A stretch of 64,000 bases of DNA, taken from Ignavibacteriota bacterium. GTDB taxonomy: Bacteria > Bacteroidota > Ignavibacteria > Kapaibacteriales > UBA2268. The stretch lies in assembly GCA_020437395.1 (NCBI GenBank), contig JAGQWJ010000004.1:22475-86474 (forward strand), in the 5' to 3' direction. Under the pieces are notes generated by a model. It saw only the letters and a program-made list of their open reading frames with translations, was not told the DNA's origin and did no database searches. Shown here piece after piece: positions 25,253-34,400 of this stretch; the stretch's first letter is position 1, and each line of letters opens with the position of its first letter. Position numbers and translations under genes: made by a program.

Positions 25253-26215
25253 ATGAAAAGAATATTAGTAACTGGAGCTTACGGTCAGATTGGAACTGAG
25301 TTAGTAAACGAATTGAGAAAGAAGTATGGTGGCGAAAACGTTATTGCTACAGATATACGAGACACAGCTCCATCACTCATAGCTAATAATGGACCCAATG
25401 AAGTCCTTAATATAATGGATAAAACTGCTATTGATAGTATAGTTGATAAATACAGAATCGATACTATATTCCACATGGCAGCACTGCTTTCAGCAACTGG
25501 CGAAAAAGACCCGTTTTTGTGTTGGGATATTAATATGAATGGCACAATAAATATTATTAAAACAACAATTGAAAAAAAGTTAGAAAAAATATTCGTTCCC
25601 AGCTCCATTGCAGTTTGGGGTCCAGGAGTTGAGATTATAAATACGCCTCAAGAATCTGTTTTGCAACCCACTACTATGTACGGCGTAACTAAAGTTAGTG
25701 GCGAAATACTGAGCGACTATTTTGTCAAGAAACACGGTCTTGATATTCGTGGACTACGCTATCCTGGTATCATTTCTTCTGAGACTTTGCCTGGTGGGGG
25801 TACAACTGACTATGCAGTAGAGATATTTTACGAAGCTGTTAAGAATCAGAAATACGATTGCTTTTTGAAAGAAGATGCAACTTTGCCAATGATGTATATG
25901 CCTGATTGTATTAAGGCCACCATTGACCTAATGGAAGCAGATTTTGATAGATTAGTTCACCACTCAAACTTCAACGTGGCTGCAGCGAGCTTCTCTCCTG
26001 CCGAATTAGCCGCAGAGATAAAGAAACATATTCCAAACTTTGAGATAACATATTCTCCTGATTCTAGACAAAAAATTGCAGAATCTTGGCCTCAAGTAAT
26101 TGATGATAGTGCTGCACGTGCCGAATGGGATTGGTCGCCCGATTATAATTTGGAAAAGATGACTCAAAGCATGGTGGAAGTGTTAACTGAGAAACACAAG
26201 AATGGTTTGATTTGA
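25253..26215 (+). CDS. Extended SDR of the L-threonine 3-dehydrogenase (UDP-glucose-4-epimerase-like TDH) type
   Basis: 320 aa. VTGAYGQIGTEL...NVIATDIR, catalytic YGVTKVSGE (YxxxK) and LRYPGIIS blocks match the TDH-type SDR family as I recall it. Confidence 0.8.
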   Translation: MKRILVTGAYGQIGTELVNELRKKYGGENVIATDIRDTAPSLIANNGPNEVLNIMDKTAIDSIVDKYRIDTIFHMAALLSATGEKDPFLCWDINMNGTINIIKTTIEKKLEKIFVPSSIAVWGPGVEIINTPQESVLQPTTMYGVTKVSGEILSDYFVKKHGLDIRGLRYPGIISSETLPGGGTTDYAVEIFYEAVKNQKYDCFLKEDATLPMMYMPDCIKATIDLMEADFDRLVHHSNFNVAAASFSPAELAAEIKKHIPNFEITYSPDSRQKIAESWPQVIDDSAARAEWDWSPDYNLEKMTQSMVEVLTEKHKNGLI

Positions 26216-27720
26216 TTCCTCAGGGAAAAGATATTAAAGTGCTTCTAATAGCTGCTATTATCTTAGTGCCTATTATTTTTTTTCCTGCTTCGTCCGACTT
26301 ATCTGTATTTATGTTTGGTGGTAAAGTAATAGCTGAAGGTGGTGAACTCTACAAAGATTTTTTTGACTTAAAAGCACCGCTTACTTATTATTTCTTTGCA
26401 TTATTGGACTTTATTACTGGTGGTAATATAATTGCCACTAGAATAATTGATTATATAATTACATTTATCTTTCTTCTAAGTAGCAATTATATATTGTTCA
26501 AGTTGAATTTCGAAAGAGCTATTCGTTGGATATTTGTACTAGCGTTTTCGGTTAGCTATGTAACGCTCAATCACAGCAATACTATGCAATGCGAGACTCT
26601 TACTTTTCTACCAATGATCTGGTATTTCTACTTTATTGTAAAACCCAATCATAAATCTCCAATCGCCAAAGGTATTTTGCTGGGAATAATAGTTTCGTTC
26701 AAATATTCCCTTGGTATAGTTTTCTTCGCAGATATTCTTTATAATCTCGCAAATAGAAATTTTACTTTGAGAATACTGAAAGGCAAAGCGATTGAAATTG
26801 CTTTTGTCTTATTGTGCGTTTTTTTTAGCTTTTTGCCAACATTTTTGCAAGGTAACACGCATTACTTAGATGGCCTATTCGCTTATTTAGACAAGTACAA
26901 AGCACATCCACCAATTGGATTGGGGTTTGTAAAAGACTATTTGAAAGGATTGGGATATCTTTTCGGTGATTATTATTCACTACTATTTTCGGCAGCTGCC
27001 ATTTATAGTGTTATACTATTACCAATTAAAAAGAATCATAATTCAGATAGAATTTTTAATTTTATTCTACTGTTTTTTATGTTGCTTTTTCTTTCTTTTT
27101 TAATTGAACGTAAACCAAACTTATACCAATTTAGTCGTGTCTATCCGTTTTTAATACTTCTAAGCTCTTATGGTCTTTATTATATTTTTAAAACAATAGC
27201 ATTAAAAAATAAAATAGCGACTGCATTTCTTCTTACTTTTATCTTGTTGCTTTCTCCTTTGCCAAGATTAATAAATACGTTGAAAATCCCTTTCGACTAC
27301 GTAACTAATAATGAAAACTATTTATATAACTTTTCTTATAGTGGTGGTACAAGTAACTATGAATCAATGTTTATATTGAGAGACTACACAATGAAGAAAG
27401 GCAAAAATTTCATCTATGTTAATTCTGGAAGTCATCAATTTCTTAGATTTATGGATAGTTATTATAAGTATCCTTTGTCCGTGTTTTACCTTGGCGATTA
27501 CGAAAGTGAGAAAATAATAGATGAAGTTATAGATGATATGAGAAAAGTAGATTATCTTATAATTCAAAACGATGATAATCACTATGCAAATTTTTTTAAT
27601 AATCTTTCTAGCTATGATAATATGATGCGGATAGATGAATTTAGAAATCTTTTGGAAAATGAATTCGTATTAGACACTCTTTTGGATAATAGATATTATA
27701 TATATAACAAATTGAAGTGA
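26212..27720 (+). CDS. GT-C-like polytopic membrane glycosyltransferase, paralogue 1
   Basis: 502 aa with about 11-13 hydrophobic segments. First-loop motif SDLSVFMFGGKVIAEGGELYKDFFDLKAPLTYYFF resembles the acidic-loop/KPP motif of the PMT_2/ArnT-type GT-C family. The TTG start overlaps the SDR stop. Confidence 0.6.
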   Translation: MIPQGKDIKVLLIAAIILVPIIFFPASSDLSVFMFGGKVIAEGGELYKDFFDLKAPLTYYFFALLDFITGGNIIATRIIDYIITFIFLLSSNYILFKLNFERAIRWIFVLAFSVSYVTLNHSNTMQCETLTFLPMIWYFYFIVKPNHKSPIAKGILLGIIVSFKYSLGIVFFADILYNLANRNFTLRILKGKAIEIAFVLLCVFFSFLPTFLQGNTHYLDGLFAYLDKYKAHPPIGLGFVKDYLKGLGYLFGDYYSLLFSAAAIYSVILLPIKKNHNSDRIFNFILLFFMLLFLSFLIERKPNLYQFSRVYPFLILLSSYGLYYIFKTIALKNKIATAFLLTFILLLSPLPRLINTLKIPFDYVTNNENYLYNFSYSGGTSNYESMFILRDYTMKKGKNFIYVNSGSHQFLRFMDSYYKYPLSVFYLGDYESEKIIDEVIDDMRKVDYLIIQNDDNHYANFFNNLSSYDNMMRIDEFRNLLENEFVLDTLLDNRYYIYNKLK

Positions 27721-29246
27721 TGATAGATATTGATAATAAAATGTACAAAGGTATTTGGAAATACTTTATTGTGGCTGCACTTATCCTCCTGCCCACTTTA
27801 GCTTTTCCTATTGCCTCAGATTTATCCGTATTTATGCACGGCGGCAGCATCATAGCAAATGGTGGTTATTTGTTCCAAGATTTCTATGATATCAAACCAC
27901 CATTTATCTATTATTTATTTGCTGCAATAAATTTCTTATTTGGTGATAATCTAATTGCATTTAGACTTTTCGATTTCTTCTACCAACTTACTTTTTTAGT
28001 TATTACATCATATCTGATGTTCAAATTAGAACTGAAAACTAAGGTAATAAAAGCATTTCTTATAATTTTTCCACTTAGTTACACTATACTCAACTACAGG
28101 GATATTTTTCAAACTGAATCTTTAGCATTCATTCCTCTAATCTTATATTTTTATTATCTTATAATAGAAGACAATAGTTACAAAAAACATCTGATAATGG
28201 GAACAGTCTTAGGCATAGCAATCGCTCTCAAATACACTTTAGGCATAATATTCATCGGCTATATTGTCTATTTTTTCAGCGACTCGAAGAAAAGAGATTA
28301 CACTAAAGCCATTACACAATTAATAATCGCCATTTTTGTTGTGGTACTAACTTTCGTACCAGTATTAGTAACCGGAGGACTCGATGGCTTTCTCGATACT
28401 AACAGCTATCTTGCCGAATATGCTAAGTATCCGCCAATTGGTGCTGCATTAGCAAAGCAAATGATTGATATACTGACTCACAATTTTGGGACTTTAGTTT
28501 CAGTTAGCACTTTATTCTTTTTCTTACTTGCATCATTGTTAATTAAAGATGAAAAATTGCAAATAATGAAGAAGTACTTATTGCTTTTTTGCTTCCTGCT
28601 TTTTCTCTCCGTTCTTTTAGAACGTAAAATTAATATGTATCATATAACAAGACTATATCCTTATTATATAATAATCATTAGTTTAGGATTAGTTTATTTC
28701 ATAGAAAAATATCGATTCAGGTTCAATCTTGCCTCCTTTACCCTAATCGCTATGTTTCTTTTAATGAGTCCTTTATTAAGGTTTGTAAATTCGTATAAGA
28801 TTGCTTTTGACAGACTGTTCCGTTACGAATCCTATCTGGCCTATTACACAAATGATAAACCATTTAATATATTAGGCCATCATATTGCTATAGCAGATTA
28901 TATAAATAAAAAGGGTGAAGAAAAGTTCTTATTTATTAACACAGGTGGCAATCAAACAATACACTATCTTAACTCCAAATATAAGTACAAGTTCCCTCAT
29001 AGTGCTTTCCATTTGTCACCTAAAGCCCCAGCGTCATATAAAAAAGCATTTGAAGAGGATTTGAAAGATGCAAATATTATTGCTATTGATAGTTTGGATA
29101 ATATTTTTATGATATTTCTAACTGATGGTAGCAGCTATGACCTGTTTTTTAAAGAGAAGGAATACAAAGATTATTTGAACAATTATTTTGAGTTAGACAC
29201 TACCCTACTAAATAGATATTTTATTTATGAGAGGAAATGCAAATGA
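27717..29246 (+). CDS. GT-C-like polytopic membrane glycosyltransferase, paralogue 2
   Basis: 509 aa. SDLSVFMHGGSIIANGGYLFQDFYDIKPPFIYYLF. Shares ERKxxxYxxxRxYP and the C-terminal INTGGNQ...KYKYxFPxSAF blocks with the other paralogues. Confidence 0.6.
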   Translation: MMIDIDNKMYKGIWKYFIVAALILLPTLAFPIASDLSVFMHGGSIIANGGYLFQDFYDIKPPFIYYLFAAINFLFGDNLIAFRLFDFFYQLTFLVITSYLMFKLELKTKVIKAFLIIFPLSYTILNYRDIFQTESLAFIPLILYFYYLIIEDNSYKKHLIMGTVLGIAIALKYTLGIIFIGYIVYFFSDSKKRDYTKAITQLIIAIFVVVLTFVPVLVTGGLDGFLDTNSYLAEYAKYPPIGAALAKQMIDILTHNFGTLVSVSTLFFFLLASLLIKDEKLQIMKKYLLLFCFLLFLSVLLERKINMYHITRLYPYYIIIISLGLVYFIEKYRFRFNLASFTLIAMFLLMSPLLRFVNSYKIAFDRLFRYESYLAYYTNDKPFNILGHHIAIADYINKKGEEKFLFINTGGNQTIHYLNSKYKYKFPHSAFHLSPKAPASYKKAFEEDLKDANIIAIDSLDNIFMIFLTDGSSYDLFFKEKEYKDYLNNYFELDTTLLNRYFIYERKCK

Positions 29247-30793
29247 AGTTTTTCCAGAGTAAATATGACTACTTAATACTATCTTTGGGTTTACTTGTTT
29301 TAAGTATTGTTATATTTTTTCCAGTCTCTTCAGATTTAGCAACTTTTATTCATGGTGGAATGATTCTTGAGAATGGAGGTAAGTTATTTGTTGATTATTT
29401 CGATGTAAAACCCCCATTTATATATTATTTTTTTGAGTTTCTTTATTCATTATTCGGAAAGAATATAACCTTTTACAGACTATTTGATTTTATTTATCAA
29501 TCATTATTCCTCCTTTCGAGTATATATATTCTGAACAGAATTAATATAGACAAACGTGTTACTCGCTTATTCGTAATTATAATGCCAATTGCATACGTTA
29601 CTTTGAGCTTCCCTCACACATTCCAAGTGGAGAGTCTTCTTTTCCTACCGCTTATTTGGTATTTTTATTTGAGTAATCTTTCCGAAAAGAAACTGAAATA
29701 TATATTACTGAAAGGTATTCTACTTGGTATAGCAATCAACCTAAAATATACTTTTGGAATAATTCTGATTGCAGATATTCTTTATCAAATTATTCAGAAA
29801 AAAGATTTTTTGCGGATAGTAAAAGAGAGTTCTGTTCAATTTCTTGTGGCGATAACATCTACTGTTTTCCTATTTTTACCTGTTTTACTTTCAGGAAATT
29901 TTAGTGAATTCATTGATTTTTTTAACTATATGAAACTATATAGTAACTATCCAGCACTTAATCTTATTTGGGTACAAGATACCATTAAATTTGCTACTTC
30001 ATTTTTTACTGAAAATTATACCTTAATTTTATTGCTTTCTGCTATCTATACTGTTTATTATATAGGAAAGAAAAATGAAACATCGATTAATAATCCCACA
30101 AACAAGGGTGTTTTATTATTCGCTTTGGTTCTTTTTTCCTCAGTAGTGATTGAAAGAAAAATGCTTATATATCACGAGCAAAGAACTTATCCATTTCTTG
30201 TATTGTTGTCATCAATAGGTCTATTTTTAATTATAGAAGAAATAAAAAAATACAAAAAGCTAATTTTATTTTTGATTACTTTTGTTGCTATCTTCTTTAG
30301 TCCAATACCTAGACTTGTGAACATATTAAAATTCCCCATAGGAGTTTTCACTATGGGACAAAAGGCGTTTTATTCTACATTAACTGAAGGGCAAGAAGGA
30401 CATATTCTTGATAAGCACTATAAGGTAGCTGACTATATTAATAGTAACAGTAACACAGACAGAGTACTATTGATTAATACTGGTGGCAATGAGATGGTTT
30501 GTTTCTTTAAGTTTGATTATAAATATTCTTTCCCGCAATCTGCGTTCTATCTAAACAAAAAAGCACCTGAATACTTGAAGTCTAAAGCATTTGAAAATAT
30601 AAAAGATGCAGAGTATATAATCATCCAAAATAATGATAATTCGCACATAATGTTTTTTAATGATGAAACATCATTGACATCAATACAGAAGAATTTGGTA
30701 ATTTGGGATTATATTGAATCACACTTTGAACAAGTTGAACTAATAGAAAATAACTTTATTATCTATAAGCGAACCAGTATTCGAATAGAATAG
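29237..30793 (+). CDS. GT-C-like polytopic membrane glycosyltransferase, paralogue 3
   Basis: 518 aa. SDLATFIHGGMILENGGKLFVDYFDVKPPFIYYFF. Same conserved blocks as the other two. Overlaps paralogue 2 by 10 nt. Confidence 0.6.
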   Translation: MQMKFFQSKYDYLILSLGLLVLSIVIFFPVSSDLATFIHGGMILENGGKLFVDYFDVKPPFIYYFFEFLYSLFGKNITFYRLFDFIYQSLFLLSSIYILNRINIDKRVTRLFVIIMPIAYVTLSFPHTFQVESLLFLPLIWYFYLSNLSEKKLKYILLKGILLGIAINLKYTFGIILIADILYQIIQKKDFLRIVKESSVQFLVAITSTVFLFLPVLLSGNFSEFIDFFNYMKLYSNYPALNLIWVQDTIKFATSFFTENYTLILLLSAIYTVYYIGKKNETSINNPTNKGVLLFALVLFSSVVIERKMLIYHEQRTYPFLVLLSSIGLFLIIEEIKKYKKLILFLITFVAIFFSPIPRLVNILKFPIGVFTMGQKAFYSTLTEGQEGHILDKHYKVADYINSNSNTDRVLLINTGGNEMVCFFKFDYKYSFPQSAFYLNKKAPEYLKSKAFENIKDAEYIIIQNNDNSHIMFFNDETSLTSIQKNLVIWDYIESHFEQVELIENNFIIYKRTSIRIE

Positions 30794-30812
30794 TATCGAA
30801 AATCGAAAGAAT

Positions 30813-32180
30813 ATGAATTTTTTATTTTATTTATTATACATACTTTACTTTACAGGAGTCTTCCAATTGTTCAATATTGGAAGCTTTGGGATTTCACCCG
30901 CTTATCCTGTAATAGCCATAGTTTATTTCGCTTTTATTGTTAGGTTCGTCACTAATAAAATAACAATTAATTTGAATCCGATAACTGGTATTAGAGTTCT
31001 TGTACTTTTGCAAATTGCTGCCGGTCTATCATTCCTTTATATACTTTCAGATCACAAAACAGAGAATATACAATTTATTAAAACATATTGGCATTTCTTA
31101 TTTCTTACAGCTTTCCCACTTTTTATGGGATTATTCAAAGTAGAGAATAAGGTTTGGATTAACGTATTCAGAATTTGGCTATTTCTGTCAATAATCATAA
31201 ATATATTTGGTATATACCAGTTGTTTGCAAGGGCTTATGATTTACCATTAGCATGGATTGACTTAACAAATGCGAGTTTAACAGCACTCGATGATACTAC
31301 GGAACCGTATCAACAATTAAGTTTAAAATTTAAGAATTTCTATCGTGCCACTTCAATTTTCTCTGAACCATCTGCTTTAGCTGGTTATAATTTGACGATA
31401 ATTGGCTTTATGATATTGCCAATGTTTAAATCGGGAACAATGGTACTTTTTAAATCAAGAAAATTCTTAATGTTTCTATTTATTCTTTCAGCACTTTCGC
31501 TATTTGTTACATTCTCATTGACAGGAGTATTGGGATTAGTCTTTCTGGCAATTGCTTTTTTCATATACAATAGAGGTGTTAATTATAAAAGAATTTTACA
31601 ATTATTGATAGCCGTAGTGGTTATAATTATCATTGGTGATTATTTTATATTAGAATACTTCCAAACAAGTTTACTAGAGCTTTTCTATACCCGTATTACT
31701 AGTATCTTAGGGCTGACAACACACAATGTAGTAGGCGAATCGTTTGACACAAGGAGTAGTAATTTTACTAGTTCCGTAGAACTATGGCTCAGAAGTCCAA
31801 TAGTAGGTATTGGATTAGGTCAAACTAAACATCTTGGAGAGATTGGTTATAGTGACTTCGCCGTTATGCATTCATTGATAGAAACGGGGATAATAGGAGG
31901 CATTTTGTTCTTAAGTATATTTATAATCAATATCGCAGAATATCTTAGTCTTAGAAGTAGCTTCCATAAGCTTAAACCAGATACGATTTATCTTCTCAAT
32001 GCTACTTTCTACGCATTAGTAATACTTGTTATGACTAACTTTATAACGAGTAATTCATTTGTTGGTTTTGCACTTTGGTCATTTATGGCGATTATCTTTT
32101 CAGTGCTGACAAATGCTAAAGTTGAACTCGGATATGACACTAAACCAGTTTTATTTTTCAAACAAAAAGCCCGTTCATAA
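30813..32180 (+). CDS. O-antigen ligase / polymerase-like (Wzy_C-type) membrane protein
   Basis: 455 aa, polytopic. Periplasmic-loop region followed by FAVMHSLIETGIIGGILFL, which resembles the H(N/S)xxLxxxxExGxxG block of Wzy_C/WaaL-type proteins. Confidence 0.7.
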   Translation: MNFLFYLLYILYFTGVFQLFNIGSFGISPAYPVIAIVYFAFIVRFVTNKITINLNPITGIRVLVLLQIAAGLSFLYILSDHKTENIQFIKTYWHFLFLTAFPLFMGLFKVENKVWINVFRIWLFLSIIINIFGIYQLFARAYDLPLAWIDLTNASLTALDDTTEPYQQLSLKFKNFYRATSIFSEPSALAGYNLTIIGFMILPMFKSGTMVLFKSRKFLMFLFILSALSLFVTFSLTGVLGLVFLAIAFFIYNRGVNYKRILQLLIAVVVIIIIGDYFILEYFQTSLLELFYTRITSILGLTTHNVVGESFDTRSSNFTSSVELWLRSPIVGIGLGQTKHLGEIGYSDFAVMHSLIETGIIGGILFLSIFIINIAEYLSLRSSFHKLKPDTIYLLNATFYALVILVMTNFITSNSFVGFALWSFMAIIFSVLTNAKVELGYDTKPVLFFKQKARS

Positions 32181-32197
32181 GAATTTAAACGGGCTTG
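32159..32197. terminator. Bidirectional hairpin at the convergent junction of the Wzy-like gene and serC
   Basis: AAGCCCGTT (32167..32175) pairs with AACGGGCTT (32188..32196). On the minus strand it is followed by TTTTTGTT. It overlaps the last codons of the plus-strand gene. Confidence 0.5.
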
Positions 32198-32224
32198 ATA
32201 TTGTTATTTTCTTTTTTTCTTAAT

Positions 32225-33298
32225 TTATGAACGAAAATCATCCATAAATTTGACTAGTGCCTCAACTGATTCTAGAGGACAAGCATTATATATAGATGCT
32301 CTTACTCCACCAACAGAACGATGGCCTTTCAACCCAGACATATCCAAGCTATCTGCTTTTTTGATAAACTCAGCTTCTTTTTCCTCGCTTTCTAAGTTAA
32401 AAGTAACATTCATTGTTGATCGGTCATTCTTATCAGCAACTGTAGCTTTATAAAAACCATTCGAATTGTCGATTGCATCATAAAGCAAACCAGCTTTGTG
32501 ATTGTTTTTCTTCTCAATCGCTTCCAATCCGCCCTCACTTTCAATCCATTTCAAAGTTTCGTTAATCACGAAAACTGGGAAAACTGGAGGCGTGTTGAAC
32601 ATAGTGTCTGCTTGTATATGAGTAGAATATTTTAGCATTGTCATATTGCCATCTTTTTCAGACTTTTCTACCCATGATTTTTTTATAACAACCAATGTAG
32701 CACCTGAAGGGCCTATATTCTTTTGGGCTCCAGCGTAAATCAAATCAAATTTCGAGAAATCCATATCTCTACTGAATAAGTCAGAAGACATATCACAAAC
32801 TAATGGGACATTGCCCACATTTGGTATATCTTTTACTCTTGTACCATATATTGTGTTATTAGTAGTATAATGCACATAGTCAGCATTTGAATCAAAGCTG
32901 AACTCTTTAGGAATATAATTAAAATTCTTGTCGGCTGAAGAAGCGGCCACATTAACATTACCAACTAATTTACCTTCTGCTATTGCTTTTTTGGACCATA
33001 CACCTGTGTTGATATAGTCTGCACTAGTTTTCAGAAAGTTCAAAGGTATCATAGCAAATTGCATACTTGCTCCACCACCCAAAAATAGGACACTATAATC
33101 GTCCGCACTTAAGTTCATTAATCTTAATATATTAGCTTTCGTTTCGTCAAACAGCGAGACAATTTCTTTCGACCTATGGCTCATCTCCATTACTGACATT
33201 CCACATCCATTATAATCAACACATGCTTGCTTAGCTGCGTTTAATACAGCTACGGGTAAAGTAGCCGGACCAGCACTAAAATTATGAACTCTATTCAT
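32225..33298 (-). CDS. serC: Phosphoserine aminotransferase
   Basis: 357 aa. FSAGPATLP N-terminus and PLP-lysine block YAGAQKNIGPSG. Confidence 0.95.
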   Translation of the reverse strand: MNRVHNFSAGPATLPVAVLNAAKQACVDYNGCGMSVMEMSHRSKEIVSLFDETKANILRLMNLSADDYSVLFLGGGASMQFAMIPLNFLKTSADYINTGVWSKKAIAEGKLVGNVNVAASSADKNFNYIPKEFSFDSNADYVHYTTNNTIYGTRVKDIPNVGNVPLVCDMSSDLFSRDMDFSKFDLIYAGAQKNIGPSGATLVVIKKSWVEKSEKDGNMTMLKYSTHIQADTMFNTPPVFPVFVINETLKWIESEGGLEAIEKKNNHKAGLLYDAIDNSNGFYKATVADKNDRSTMNVTFNLESEEKEAEFIKKADSLDMSGLKGHRSVGGVRASIYNACPLESVEALVKFMDDFRS

Positions 33299-33437
33299 AG
33301 TAAAATACCTTGGGTATATTGAAACAATTGTGAATACAAACTTAATACATATACTGTTAATACTGAAAATAATTGTAGTAGTAAGGAAGAAAGATATATT
33401 AATAGCTATTACTATTGATAATATAGTTTCTTTTGGC

Positions 33438-33445
33438 TAACTTTG
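33438..33445 (+). promoter_or_regulatory. Candidate -7 promoter box TAACTTTG upstream of serA
   Basis: Exact TAnnTTTG match 38 nt upstream of the serA ATG. Confidence 0.3.
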
Positions 33446-33482
33446 GGTTTGGTTGTTTGTCCACTAAAAATTAATAAAAATT

Positions 33483-34388
33483 ATGAGAATATTAGCTAAT
33501 GACGGATTATCTCAAGAAGGGATTGACGTAATAAAGAATGCGGGAATTGAAATTGATACGAATAAGATTCCTCAGGAGGATTTGCCAACTAGACTCAACG
33601 ATTACGACGCAATTATTGTAAGATCAGCGACAACAGTTCGCAAAGATTTAATTGATGCAACAAATTTGAAAGTAATTGGTAGAGCCGGTGTTGGGATGGA
33701 TAATATTGACGTTGCTTATGCCAGAGAAAAAGGCATCGCAGTAGTAAATACACCTGGTGCTTCTTCGATTTCAGTTGCAGAGCTAGTTTTCGCTCATCTT
33801 TTTTCACTTTGCCGATACACTCATAGAAGTACTAATGCAATGCAAAATGGTCAATGGCCAAAGAATGAATATACTGGAATAGAATTGACAGGTAAGACAC
33901 TAGGATTAATTGGCTTTGGTAATATATCGAAAGAAGTTGCAAAAAGAGCATTGGGTTTAGGAATGAAAGTACAGGTGTTCAACAGATCTGCTATCAACCC
34001 AGAAGGCGACATCACAGTTGCCGATGATTTAGATTCATTACTTTCAAACAGTGATTTTGTGTCACTTCATATTCCTTATGATAAAGAAAAAGGTGCAATG
34101 ATAGGCAAAGAAGAATTAGCAAAAATGAAAGAAGGTGCAATATTAGTAAATTGTGCTCGTGGTGGTACTGTTGATGAATCGGCGTTGCTTGAAGCGCTGA
34201 ACTCAGGTAAAATAGCTGGTGCAGGTATCGACGTTTGGGTCAATGAACCTTGTACTGAAGCACAAAAAGAATTGATAAATCACCCTAATGTAAGTGCCAC
34301 ACCACATATTGGTGGTTCTACTGAAGAAGCACAAGACAGAGTGGGTATTGAAATTGCTGAAAGAGTAGTGGCTGAATTAAAAAAATAA
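33483..34388 (+). CDS. serA: D-3-phosphoglycerate dehydrogenase (short form, no ACT domain)
   Basis: 301 aa. NAD fold GLIGFGNISKEVAKRA, NCARGG and TPHIGGST catalytic-His blocks. Confidence 0.9.
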   Translation: MRILANDGLSQEGIDVIKNAGIEIDTNKIPQEDLPTRLNDYDAIIVRSATTVRKDLIDATNLKVIGRAGVGMDNIDVAYAREKGIAVVNTPGASSISVAELVFAHLFSLCRYTHRSTNAMQNGQWPKNEYTGIELTGKTLGLIGFGNISKEVAKRALGLGMKVQVFNRSAINPEGDITVADDLDSLLSNSDFVSLHIPYDKEKGAMIGKEELAKMKEGAILVNCARGGTVDESALLEALNSGKIAGAGIDVWVNEPCTEAQKELINHPNVSATPHIGGSTEEAQDRVGIEIAERVVAELKK

Positions 34389-34400
34389 TGGAGAGTAATT

